64,000 nucleotides of DNA from assembly GCA_045047305.1 (NCBI GenBank), contig JASFYO010000003.1, forward strand, positions 96,073-160,072, read 5' to 3'. A program made the translations under genes and the position numbers. Of this stretch, positions 10,450 through 19,232 are shown in pieces. The notes under the pieces were generated by a model, which saw only the letters and a list, made by a program, of their open reading frames with translations, did not search any database and was not told the origin of the DNA. The number at the start of each line of letters is the position of its first letter. Position 1 is the first letter of the stretch. The DNA comes from Planctomycetota bacterium (GTDB lineage Bacteria > Planctomycetota > UBA1135).

Positions 10450-11094
10450 ATGTTGCTGAAGTGGATTCAGTGTCAGGTTTCAGATTTACACCACGATGCT
10501 TTCTCCACAGCTCAGGAGGCCTGGCGAGGCATCGCGACGGAGCCGGGCTTTCTTGGACAATACGGTGGTTGGGCGGATGCTCATACTGCATGCATTCTTG
10601 GCCTTTGGGAGTCTGCCGCAGCGCAACAACGTTTCCTCCTGGAAGGTAGTCATGATTCCATTGTGGCCGCAAACCAACAAATGCACTACATGGAAAACTG
10701 GTCCACATCTTTGCTGGAACAGGTTTTTCCTATGCCAGGTGAGGCTTCGGATTTAGCAGTTGCCCTCGCCGATGCACCTGCTGGCGCCTATCTCCGTATT
10801 GCGGACTGCCACATACCGTTGACGCAGCAGCCGAGTTTCCTTATTGCGCAAGAATCCATCTGGCTTCCAGCCATGCGCGATGCCAGCGGCATGCTCGGGG
10901 GTGGTTTTTACAGCGACGCTGGAGACCATTTTTTAGTCGCGACGCTTTGGGAATCCGCCGATCATCACCAGCGCTATCAAACTGAGGATTTACCTGGCTT
11001 GCGCGCACAAGTGCAGGCACTGCAAGCATTGCCGAGCAGCATGTCCGGTTACGCGATCCAGCTGCATCCATCGTGGACCGTTAAGGCTGGCTAA
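10450..11094 (+). CDS. YdbC/DUF4937-like protein with two dimeric alpha-beta barrel repeats
   Basis: MLLKWIQCQV..FSTAQEAW..PGFLGQYGGW, with a second repeat (GMLGGGF..LWES..H). Confidence 0.6.
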   Translation: MLLKWIQCQVSDLHHDAFSTAQEAWRGIATEPGFLGQYGGWADAHTACILGLWESAAAQQRFLLEGSHDSIVAANQQMHYMENWSTSLLEQVFPMPGEASDLAVALADAPAGAYLRIADCHIPLTQQPSFLIAQESIWLPAMRDASGMLGGGFYSDAGDHFLVATLWESADHHQRYQTEDLPGLRAQVQALQALPSSMSGYAIQLHPSWTVKAG

Positions 11095-12160
11095 TCCCAG
11101 CCTGGGTCACTAGGTAGATTGCAAAGGAGGCCAGCCAGTGCTCGCCTTCAAAGTGACCACTGAACACGTATTCCAATCCAACTTCCCGATGCGCATCGGC
11201 AGCGGCAAGTAAGACTTCGCGTCGTGGATCTAGTTTGGGCAATGCGGAGACGATGCCCTCTAAGGTCCAGGCGCGGGAAAGGTTTAAACCGGCAAGGTGA
11301 ACCAAGCGCCCATCGGTTACATCGGAAACGAGGGTGGGAGTTAACACATTCCCCATGGCACCTTGGGTCAGTCCTGGGAAGAATGCGTCGAGCCAGGTGA
11401 GGTATTCATCCTGCGACAAGACGCGGCGCATCAGGTCAGCTTCATTTAACCCTGCGGAAAAGAAGTCTTCTCCCGAAGGTTCATACTGAACTGGATAGGC
11501 GGTGTCGGCTTGGTAGAAAGCAAGAGTCTTTGCAACTAGCGCCTGCTCCAGTTCCTGATTGCCAACGGCGCGCGCATAATCAAGCTCCATGCCGAATGCA
11601 AAAGCGGAGTCGGGATGGACCCCCATGCGGATGGGGTGGGAGAGCCGTGGAAGATAGCCAAGTAAGAGTTCGACGATTTGATCCTCGAGTGGCTTCAGAT
11701 TTTTCGCCCAGCGTTGCGCATCGGCATCTTCGAAAGTGTGCAGCTCCTGTGCAAGCTGCAGCAACCAAGCCCAGCCATACATACGCTCAAAACCCTTGTT
11801 CTGGTGCTCATCGAAGTAATCCGCCTCTACCTGCAGTGCCTTGGCATTCAGCTGCGCTTCGAGTAATGCGCGGATCTCTGCATCGACGGAAGACCCTGGT
11901 TGAGTCTTTAGCAAACGAACTAGCATCCAATGTCCATGCACGGAAGAATGCCAATCGAAGGAGCCGTAGAAGACCGGATGGTTGGTGCGTGGAATTACCG
12001 CCGATTCTGGACCCGTAAATACTTGGCCAGGCTTGTTGGGATACTCACGCACGATGCTGTCGAGCGCCAAACGTGCAAAGGAAACAACTTGCGCGTCTTC
12101 TAGGGAAGGGGATTGCGGCATTGCGGTTATGCAGGAAAGCACAATTGCGGTTAAGAACAT
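11081..12160 (-). CDS. DUF2891 family protein, likely exported
   Basis: EYPNK, HPVFYGSFDWHSSVHGHW, FERMYGWAW, HLAGLNLSRAW and GEHWLASFA; ATG 12160 lies 6 nt after TACACT. Confidence 0.88.
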   Translation of the reverse strand: MFLTAIVLSCITAMPQSPSLEDAQVVSFARLALDSIVREYPNKPGQVFTGPESAVIPRTNHPVFYGSFDWHSSVHGHWMLVRLLKTQPGSSVDAEIRALLEAQLNAKALQVEADYFDEHQNKGFERMYGWAWLLQLAQELHTFEDADAQRWAKNLKPLEDQIVELLLGYLPRLSHPIRMGVHPDSAFAFGMELDYARAVGNQELEQALVAKTLAFYQADTAYPVQYEPSGEDFFSAGLNEADLMRRVLSQDEYLTWLDAFFPGLTQGAMGNVLTPTLVSDVTDGRLVHLAGLNLSRAWTLEGIVSALPKLDPRREVLLAAADAHREVGLEYVFSGHFEGEHWLASFAIYLVTQAGISQP

Positions 12161-12191
12161 AGAGGAAGTGTAGCCGTGCTGAACCTTGAGA

Positions 12192-12290
12192 TAGGGGGTT
12201 CTAGGCTTCTGGACATGAGTAGGTAAACCGCGAAGGAGGGCAGCCAAGGCTCGCCATTGGGCAAGGCATCAGCAAAACAGTCAAGAACAT
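12192..12290 (-). pseudogene. Relic of a tandem DUF2891 paralog (N-terminus joined to C-terminus); boundaries approximate
   Basis: TACACT-N6-ATG reading MFLTV (intact gene MFLTA); 12220-12255 matches 11111-11146 at 29/36 nt, encoding GEPWLPSFAVYL versus GEHWLASFAIYL. Confidence 0.7.
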
Positions 12291-12296
12291 GCGCAG

Positions 12297-12306
12297 AGTG
12301 TATCCT
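12297..12306. promoter_or_regulatory. Bidirectional -10 element (TACACT on -, TATCCT on +)
   Basis: AGTGTATCCT, 6 nt from relic ATG 12290(-) and 10 nt from msrA ATG 12317(+). Confidence 0.6.
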
Positions 12307-12316
12307 AGAAGACGTC

Positions 12317-12898
12317 ATGCGGACGACCCTCACCAGCCTTGCATTCGGCCTTGTTGCTATGGCCTGCAGCACCGGAACCACCATGGATCAAATCCCAGAA
12401 CCAACGTCACCTGCAATCCCTGCCTCGATGACTCAGGAAGCGACTTTTGCCGCTGGCTGATTCTGGGGTGTTGAAGCCCTCTACCGTGCAGTAGATGGCG
12501 TTCTGGAGACGGAGGTTGGTTACATTGGCGGGCAGGTACCAAATGCGACCTACCAGCAAGTTTGCTCTGGTACTACTGGGCATGCAGAAGCGGTGCACGT
12601 GACTTTCGACCCAGCCAAAGTCGATTACGAGGACTTGCTCGCTATTTTTTGGGCCAACCATGATCCTACCCAGGCAAATGGGCAAGGTTTAAACCTTGGT
12701 GATCAGTATCGTTCTGCCATCTTTTTTCACAGTGAAGAACAGAGAGAAAAAGCAGAACTGTCGAAGTCTCAACTCAGTGTTTCAGGCCAGTTTTCGAAAC
12801 CCATTACTACGGGTATCGTGGAGTTCAAAGATTTCGTTCGTGCTGAGGGATATCACCAGCAGTATTACGAAAAGCAGGGGCTCATCCCTCGCCGCTAA
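12317..12898 (+). CDS. msrA: Peptide-methionine (S)-S-oxide reductase, probable selenoprotein (TGA 12458-12460, residue 48) with putative lipoprotein signal
   Basis: ORFs 12257-12460 and 12593-12898 share a frame; reading through gives TFAAG-U-FWGVE..GYIGG..TYQQVCSGTTGHAEAV..HDPTQ..GDQYRSAIF..AEGYHQQY. Confidence 0.9.
12473..12503 (+). promoter_or_regulatory. Candidate bacterial SECIS hairpin in msrA
   Basis: GAAGCC-C-TCTAC[CGTGCA]GTAGA-T-GGC-G-TTC stem-loop starting 12 nt after the UGA; G at loop position 2. Confidence 0.65.
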
Positions 12899-12917
12899 GA
12901 ATCTAGGAGATGCACTT

Positions 12918-13328
12918 TTAGAAGTGCACCTCAGATTCCTCAACCGTGCAGCGTAGGGTGGTGGGGCGCTGCCCATCCGGACTGAAGAAAGTTAAAGTTC
13001 GGCCTTTGCCGCTGCGTAGATTGAAGGTGCGTTCGCGCGGGTCGACATCCATGGAATCTTCCAGTAGGAACCCGTCGGAGTCATACCATTCCAGCGCAAT
13101 AAACACGTTTTGCCCATTGTTTTCCTCGTTCACTAAGTTGAACTGAGCGGTGGCCTGATTGTTGCGCATGCGCACACGCATGTTCTCAATCGAAACGCCA
13201 TCTACGGTGGATTCTATGCGCATTGCGACCTCCCCATTTTCTTGGGTGAACACAGTTGGGCCAGAAGAGCAAGATGCCAGGAGTATCGGACTCACGGCAA
13301 GAAGGTGAATTAGAAGTTTGGGTGCCAT
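12918..13328 (-). CDS. YcfL/DUF1425-like lipoprotein
   Basis: LLASC lipobox and WYDSDGFLL motif; size fits the family. Confidence 0.65.
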   Translation of the reverse strand: MAPKLLIHLLAVSPILLASCSSGPTVFTQENGEVAMRIESTVDGVSIENMRVRMRNNQATAQFNLVNEENNGQNVFIALEWYDSDGFLLEDSMDVDPRERTFNLRSGKGRTLTFFSPDGQRPTTLRCTVEESEVHF

Positions 13329-13383
13329 GCCAAATACAACGACGGCACCCTGCAGCGGGGACTTTAGTCCTAACCCCGACTTC

Positions 13384-14382
13384 TTAATCGATGGTTTGAA
13401 TCAGGACGATGAGTGCGGTTAGGAGCAAGACCCATACCAAGAGCATGCCGACGGCCAGTTTGCGCGATTTTCGCTTTTGCCACCAAGTTCTTGGCGCGAC
13501 TCCTCGAAGGAGGAAGGTCGCGATACCTGCAAGGTTGACGCAGACCAAGTTTCCAGCGAGTAACATGGCCGCGCCTTGGGCAAGATCCCAGTTGCCTGAA
13601 GTTGCGGTGAGGGCGCAAACCACGAGTGGAGGCAGTAACGCCACCGCCACCATCACACCAACTAAGGATGCTGGGACGCCGGTGGTGAAGGCTAATGCAC
13701 CAGCGGTTCCTGCAGCCAAAGCAAGAAGCAAGTCCTCTAGGTTGAGGTGCGTGCGGCTGAGGATTTCGTGCGATCCTAAATCTAAGTCGAAAATCCAGCC
13801 AGCAAGACCCGCAACTAGGAAGGCTAAGCTAATACCGGCAATGCTGGTACGCAAACTCAGTGCGGCAAGCTTGGTGTCACCTAGAGTGCTGGCCAGGGCG
13901 AGCGCCATGTTGGGCCCGAGCAGTGGCGCAATCACCATGGCACCAATCAAAACCGCGGTGTTGTCGGTAGCGAGTCCGATGGTCGCGACGATGGTTGACA
14001 GTGCGACCATCCAAAGATGCACACGATCCAGCTTGGCGACGTCGGCTAGGTCATCGATAAGCTCTTCACGACTAATGCTGCCGCCCTTGTTCTTGGAAGA
14101 GGATTCCGCGGCAGGCGTTTCTGCTTCTGGCTCTTCCACTTTGGGCACAACCGTTTCTACCGCCAATACCACGGCCCGAAAATCTTTGTAGCTACCAAAG
14201 CTAGCCTGCAGCGGGTCCAGCACCGTAGAGACCTCTTCCGCAGGAATCAAAATGTGATACTGAGTGGTTGGCCCCGGAAGGTTGTGGCGAAAGGCCTTTG
14301 CATGCGGCAAGGTTTCCAGCAGCGCGTCGATTTTTTCAACGGCTTCATCGGGGATGAAGGTGTGCACGAGGCGGGTCGCCAT
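13384..14382 (-). CDS. TIGR00341/DUF389 family membrane protein
   Basis: IGAMVIAPLLGP, EILSRT, LALAAG and GVMVAVALLPPL; several TM segments. Confidence 0.88.
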   Translation of the reverse strand: MATRLVHTFIPDEAVEKIDALLETLPHAKAFRHNLPGPTTQYHILIPAEEVSTVLDPLQASFGSYKDFRAVVLAVETVVPKVEEPEAETPAAESSSKNKGGSISREELIDDLADVAKLDRVHLWMVALSTIVATIGLATDNTAVLIGAMVIAPLLGPNMALALASTLGDTKLAALSLRTSIAGISLAFLVAGLAGWIFDLDLGSHEILSRTHLNLEDLLLALAAGTAGALAFTTGVPASLVGVMVAVALLPPLVVCALTATSGNWDLAQGAAMLLAGNLVCVNLAGIATFLLRGVAPRTWWQKRKSRKLAVGMLLVWVLLLTALIVLIQTID

Positions 14383-14391
14383 AGGTGGACA

Positions 14392-14401
14392 AGGTTACTA
14401 T
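14392..14401. promoter_or_regulatory. Bidirectional -10 element (TAACCT on -, TACTAT on +)
   Basis: AGGTTACTAT, 9 nt from ATG 14382(-); the + gene at 14444 has a leader with a purine-rich RBS. Confidence 0.5.
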
Positions 14402-14443
14402 GCCGCCACCCCGGAGGCGAAGCCCGACGGGAAGGGAAGTTTC

Positions 14444-15343
14444 ATGACTGATTCACAAACCATTCAATCGGCTGCCGTGCTTGGTGCTGGCGCCATGGGA
14501 GCAGGCATCGCACAAGTTGCGGCGCAGGCAGGTATCCGCACGCGTCTTTTTGATATTGAAGAGTCCTTTGCCCGTGGCGGTATGCAGCGCATCGAAGCCA
14601 TGCTGGAAAAGGGCGTGGCCAAGGGCAAGATGACGGCGCAACGCAAAGACGAAGTCCTTGCTCTGTTGGAACCCGTGTGGGATTTAGAGGCAGCGGTCGA
14701 TGGCGTGGATCTAGTGATTGAGGCTGCACCGGAAAAGCTCGGCTTGAAGCAAGACATCTTTACCCGCGTCGCAGCCGTGGTCGATGCCAACGCCATCATC
14801 GCGACCAACACTTCTTCGCTTTCGGTGACCGAGTTAGCGAGCGTGGTTTCCAATCCAGAACGTTTTCTTGGGTTGCATTTTTTCAACCCGCCTCCTCTGA
14901 TGAAGTTGTTGGAAGTCGTGAAGGGAGAACTCACTTCCGAGCAAACCGTGGCACGTGCTCTTGACCTCTCCGAACGCATGGGGAAGAGTCCGATTGTGGT
15001 GAAGGATGCACCCGGATTTGCCTCTTCGCGCCTTGGCGTCACGCTTGGATTGGAGGCGATTCGTATGGTGGAGGAAGGGGTTGCCTCGGCGGTGGACATC
15101 GACACCGCTATGGAGTTGGGGTATCGGCATCCAATGGGCCCATTAAAACTCACCGACATGATCGGCTTGGATGTGCGTTTGCATATCAGCGAATACTTAG
15201 CTGAAACCTTAGACGATGTGCGCTTTAAGGCACCTGCGCTGATGCGCAAGATGGTGGCCGATGGTCATCTAGGGCGTAAAAGCGGCCGCGGTTTCTACGA
15301 TTGGACCGATGGCCAGCCGAAACCGCTCACTGATGAGCGCTAA
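14444..15343 (+). CDS. 3-hydroxyacyl-CoA dehydrogenase (PaaH/Hbd-like)
   Basis: GAGAMGAGIA, VIEAAPEKL, ATNTSSLS, GLHFFNP, HPMGPLKLTD and GRKSGRGFY; next to box genes. Confidence 0.9.
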   Translation: MTDSQTIQSAAVLGAGAMGAGIAQVAAQAGIRTRLFDIEESFARGGMQRIEAMLEKGVAKGKMTAQRKDEVLALLEPVWDLEAAVDGVDLVIEAAPEKLGLKQDIFTRVAAVVDANAIIATNTSSLSVTELASVVSNPERFLGLHFFNPPPLMKLLEVVKGELTSEQTVARALDLSERMGKSPIVVKDAPGFASSRLGVTLGLEAIRMVEEGVASAVDIDTAMELGYRHPMGPLKLTDMIGLDVRLHISEYLAETLDDVRFKAPALMRKMVADGHLGRKSGRGFYDWTDGQPKPLTDER

Positions 15344-16082
15344 CCGTTTCGCGTAAACGCTGGTGCGTGGTGGATAGGTCACTTGCAGAGGTATCCAAAG
15401 TAAGAGCTGCGCGTTGGTAATAAGGTTCGCGTGCGGCCAAGAGGTTGCGCAGTTCCGCCATGGCATCGGCATGACCTTTCATCGGGCGATGGTCGCCTTG
15501 CGCAAGCACCCGAGCCATGCAATCCTCCGGTTCGGTACGTAACCAAACGGTGGTGAAGTTGTTTTCCACTAAAGCGAAAACGTTTTCATCTAAAACGATA
15601 CCACCAGGAAGCGCCACCACTTTTGCGCTGCCAGAGGAAATGAGTTTTTGAATCGCTTCTCCGCCGAGGCGTCGGTAATAGCTTTCGCCGTGCAGCGCGA
15701 ACACTTCGGATAGATTGAGGCCTGCCATGGACTCGATTTCTTCATCAAGCTCCAGGAAGTCTAGGCCAAGTGATTCGGCGAGTAATGCACCCAGGGTGCT
15801 TTTGCCGGATCCACGAATGCCGAGCAATGCAATACCGCGTTGTGCTGGCGGGGAGATGTCATCTTTCAGGAGGTCCACCAATGGGATTTGCAGGGCCGTG
15901 GCTAGGGCATCGAGGCGCCCAATCGCAATGTTGGCTTCGGCGGATTCCACTTGTGCATAGAAGCGTGGGCTTAAGCTTGAGCGCGAAGCAGCCTCGGCCA
16001 TCGTCCATCCAAGCTCGGAACGCCGCGCACGCACGCGAGTGGCGATGCGCTGTAGCAGTTCGGGATTAGGTGGGCTGGACAC
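15327..16082 (-). CDS. boxR: BoxR/BzdR-type regulator (XRE HTH plus shikimate kinase-like benzoyl-CoA sensor)
   Basis: HTH (RVRARR..LSPRFYAQVE..ANI) fused to GIRGSGKSTLG..ELDEEIE..YYRR..RVLAQGDHRPM; divergent from boxC; GTG start at 16082 inferred. Confidence 0.85.
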   Translation of the reverse strand: MSSPPNPELLQRIATRVRARRSELGWTMAEAASRSSLSPRFYAQVESAEANIAIGRLDALATALQIPLVDLLKDDISPPAQRGIALLGIRGSGKSTLGALLAESLGLDFLELDEEIESMAGLNLSEVFALHGESYYRRLGGEAIQKLISSGSAKVVALPGGIVLDENVFALVENNFTTVWLRTEPEDCMARVLAQGDHRPMKGHADAMAELRNLLAAREPYYQRAALTLDTSASDLSTTHQRLRETVSAHQ

Positions 16083-16085
16083 TTC

Positions 16086-16145
16086 TGCAATATAGTGCAA
16101 ATATCCTAGAAATGAAACATTTATCTGTACTATTTTGCAGGTGCA
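16086..16145. promoter_or_regulatory. Putative BoxR operator and divergent promoter region
   Basis: TGCA-N6-TGCA at 16086-16099, TGTA-N6-TGCA at 16126-16139 and TGCA at 16142-16145 in an AT-rich spacer. Confidence 0.7.
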
Positions 16146-16160
16146 AGCCATAATCTGAGG

Positions 16161-17804
16161 ATGGAAGCGACTCAAAACGCTGTGGAACCTGTCCACTTCG
16201 AAACTCATCCCGACCGCTATCAGCACCTCAAGGTGGAGATCGACGGTCCGGTTGCGCGCCTCATCATCGATATCAATGAAGATGGTGGCCTACGTCCGGG
16301 TTATGTGTTGAAACTCAACAGCTACGACCTTGGTGTCGATATTGAGCTTTCCGATGCGGTGCAACGTCTGCGTTTCGAGAACCCAGAGGTGGGGGCCGTC
16401 ATGGTCACCAGCGGGCAAGAAGGTGTATTCAGCTCGGGCGCGAATATCTTCATGTTGGGCAGCAGCACTCACGCATGGAAGGTCAACTTTTGTAAGTACA
16501 CCAACGAAACCCGCGGATCGATTGAGGATGCAACCGAGTTTTCCGGGCAGACTTACATCGCAGCTTTGAATGGTGTGGCATCGGGTGGTGGTTATGAACT
16601 TCCACTCGCCTGTGAGGAAATGTACTTGGTCGACGACCGCCGTTCCGCGGTATCGCTTCCAGAAATTCCTTACCTCGGTGTACTTCCAGGCACCGGCGGT
16701 TTGACCCGCTTGGTCGATAAGCGTTTTGTGCGTCGCGATTTGGCCGATGCTTTCGTCACTCTTGCAGAAGGAGTGAAAGGAAAGCGCGCTGTGCAGTGGG
16801 GTTTGGTCGATGGCATCTTCCCAACTTCTAAGTTTGAGGAAGGCGTAGCTGCTCGCGTTGCCGAAGTTGCAGGCGAAGGGCATCCGGAGCGTAAGGGCAT
16901 CACTTTGGAAGCTCTTAAGCCAACTGAAAATGAGTTTGGCGTGCAATATCAGCACGTAAACCTGGAATTGGACACTTCGGAGCGCACCGCAACTCTAACC
17001 ATTACCCTTCCTGACAGTCTTCCGGAAATCCCAGCCGACGCACGCGACCTTGGCAGTGCTTGGTACCCATTGCGCGCCTTCCGCGAGTTAGACGATGCCA
17101 TCATGCGCTTGCGTTTGAACTATCCGCACATCGGTTTGGTTTTGCTCAAGACCCGCGGCAAAGCGGAAACGATTTTGGCTCTCGATGAAATGATGGATGC
17201 ACGCCGTGATGACTGGTTCGTCAACGAAGTGCTGCTGTTCATGAAACGCACCTTCAAGCGTTTGGATTACACCGCCAAGAGTTTCTTTGCCATTATCGAT
17301 CAAGGCTCTGCTTTTGCAGGAAGCTTCTACGAGTTTGCGCTCGCTGCCGACCGTTCTTTCATGTTGGAAGAAGAAGGTGTGACCGTGCAGCTCTCAGTCA
17401 TGAACGGCGGTACCTTCCCGATGGGCAATGGTCTGTCGCGTTTAGAAACTCGCTTCTTTGGCCACGAAGGTGTTGCTGAAGGATTGGCAGCCCGGCGCGA
17501 AGCTTTCGATTCCGATGAAGCGGAAGAACTCGGTCTGATCACCGTTGCCGCCGACGACATTGACTGGGACGATGAAGTGCGCCTCGCTATCGAAGAGCGG
17601 GTCAACTTTTCACCCGACTCCTTAACCGGCATGGAAGCGAGTATTCGTTTTGCCGGTCCTGAGACCATGGAAACCAAGATCTTCGGCCGCCTGACAGCGT
17701 GGCAGAACTGGATCTTCCAGCGTCCCAATGCTGTCGGACCGAAGGGCGCATTAAGCCTCTACGGTCGTCCTGAATCCCCTGAATTCGATTGGAATCGCAC
17801 CTAA
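16161..17804 (+). CDS. boxC: 2,3-epoxybenzoyl-CoA dihydrolase
   Basis: LKLNSYDLGVDIEL, KVNFCKYTNETR, GVLPGTGGLTR and ETMETKIFGRLTAWQNWIFQRPNAVG. Confidence 0.95.
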   Translation: MEATQNAVEPVHFETHPDRYQHLKVEIDGPVARLIIDINEDGGLRPGYVLKLNSYDLGVDIELSDAVQRLRFENPEVGAVMVTSGQEGVFSSGANIFMLGSSTHAWKVNFCKYTNETRGSIEDATEFSGQTYIAALNGVASGGGYELPLACEEMYLVDDRRSAVSLPEIPYLGVLPGTGGLTRLVDKRFVRRDLADAFVTLAEGVKGKRAVQWGLVDGIFPTSKFEEGVAARVAEVAGEGHPERKGITLEALKPTENEFGVQYQHVNLELDTSERTATLTITLPDSLPEIPADARDLGSAWYPLRAFRELDDAIMRLRLNYPHIGLVLLKTRGKAETILALDEMMDARRDDWFVNEVLLFMKRTFKRLDYTAKSFFAIIDQGSAFAGSFYEFALAADRSFMLEEEGVTVQLSVMNGGTFPMGNGLSRLETRFFGHEGVAEGLAARREAFDSDEAEELGLITVAADDIDWDDEVRLAIEERVNFSPDSLTGMEASIRFAGPETMETKIFGRLTAWQNWIFQRPNAVGPKGALSLYGRPESPEFDWNRT

Positions 17805-17807
17805 AGC

Positions 17808-19232
17808 ATGGCTATCACCTACGACAAAATTCCCAACAACATTGATCTCGCAAGTAACCGCAAGGTCAAGAAGGCACTCGAAGCTTGGCAGCCCGATTTC
17901 AAAGATTGGTGGATGGAGATGGGGCCGGAAGGTTTCCAGGACGATGACATCTATCTGCGTACTGCGATTAGCGTAGATTCCAGTGGCTGGGCGCATTTTG
18001 ATTACGTCAAAATGCCTGACTACCGCTGGGGTATTTTTCTCGCACCGCCAGTCAAAGACCGCAAGATTGGCTTTGGCGATAACGCAGAAATGAATGTCTG
18101 GGATCAGGTTCCTGGCGAATACCGTAAAGAGTTACGTCGCATGATTGTGACTCAATGCGATACCGAGCCGGCATCGGTGGAGCAGCAGCGTTTGCTCGGA
18201 AAGTGTGCGCCAAGTCTTTATGACATGCGCAACTTGTTCCAGGTCAATGTTGAGGAAGGCCGCCACCTATGGGCCATGGTGCACTTGCTGCACGAGTACT
18301 TCGGTAAGGACGGGCGTGACGAGGCCGACGAAATGCTGCAACGTCGTTCGGGTAATCCGGACACCCCACGGATCCTGGAAGCCTTTAATAAGCCAGTCGA
18401 AGATTGGCTGGCCTTCTTTTGCTTTGCCATGTACATGGACCGCGACGGCAAGTTTCAGTTAGGTGCTTTGGCGGAAAGTGGTTTCGATCCACTCGCACGG
18501 GCAACCAAGTTTATGTTGACTGAGGAAGCGCATCACTTGTTTGTTGGAGAAACCGGCGTAGGGCGCGTGGTTGCCCGCACCGCCCAGGTGATGGCGGAGA
18601 ACCCGGAGACCGACCCACATCAGCTGGGTGTGGTGCCTTTGGACATCATCCAAAAGTACATCAACGAGTGGTACACCGGCTCCCTCGACTTGTTCGGTGG
18701 AGAAGATAGTTCCAATGCAGCGAATTACTTTGGTTCTGGACTGAAGGGGCGCTTTCAAGAAATGAATCCGAAGCGCTTTACTGAGCATCAAGCTATGGAC
18801 GAGTGCTACAACTTGGATTGGATGGAAGACGGCAAGATGGCCAGCCATGAGATCCCGATGCGCCGTGCCATGAACTTAGTCCTGCGGGATGCTTACAAAG
18901 AGGATTGTGTGCGCGCCATGGTGCGCTGGAATAAGAGCCTCGAGAAGGCTGGACTGGATGAGCGCCTTTACCTGCCATCGCAGCGCTTCAACCGCCGTAT
19001 TGGTGTTTATGCGAATCAAAGTTTCGACCCTCACGGGGAGATATTGAGTGAAAAGGCATTCACCGAGCAGTTTCCTCAGTGGATTCCGACCACTACCGAT
19101 TTGGAATACGTGAAGTCTCTTATGGTGCAGGTCACCACCCCTGGTGAATATGCAGGCTGGATTAATCCACCTTCCAAAGGACTCAACGGCCAGCCGGTTG
19201 ATTTCGAATACGTGAAGTTTGTAAACGCATGA
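17808..19232 (+). CDS. boxB: Benzoyl-CoA 2,3-epoxidase subunit B (di-iron)
   Basis: YVKMPDYRWGIFL, DTEPASVEQQ, NVEEGRHLWAM, DRDGKFQL and MLTEEAHH. Confidence 0.95.
   Translation: MAITYDKIPNNIDLASNRKVKKALEAWQPDFKDWWMEMGPEGFQDDDIYLRTAISVDSSGWAHFDYVKMPDYRWGIFLAPPVKDRKIGFGDNAEMNVWDQVPGEYRKELRRMIVTQCDTEPASVEQQRLLGKCAPSLYDMRNLFQVNVEEGRHLWAMVHLLHEYFGKDGRDEADEMLQRRSGNPDTPRILEAFNKPVEDWLAFFCFAMYMDRDGKFQLGALAESGFDPLARATKFMLTEEAHHLFVGETGVGRVVARTAQVMAENPETDPHQLGVVPLDIIQKYINEWYTGSLDLFGGEDSSNAANYFGSGLKGRFQEMNPKRFTEHQAMDECYNLDWMEDGKMASHEIPMRRAMNLVLRDAYKEDCVRAMVRWNKSLEKAGLDERLYLPSQRFNRRIGVYANQSFDPHGEILSEKAFTEQFPQWIPTTTDLEYVKSLMVQVTTPGEYAGWINPPSKGLNGQPVDFEYVKFVNA

Noticed and set aside
12257..12898. msrA as a nonsense pseudogene or as two small genes
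   Set aside because: The only lesion is a TGA exactly at the catalytic residue, all other motifs are intact, and a SECIS-like hairpin follows; Sec recoding is the simpler explanation
13409..15249. Long antisense ORFs 13409-14191 and 14464-15249
   Set aside because: Ser/Ala/Thr-rich shadows of the TIGR00341 and dehydrogenase genes
16083..16226. N-terminal extension of boxR in the ORF track
   Set aside because: It overlaps the boxC start and the operator region; GTG 16082 fits the HTH start and the -10 spacing
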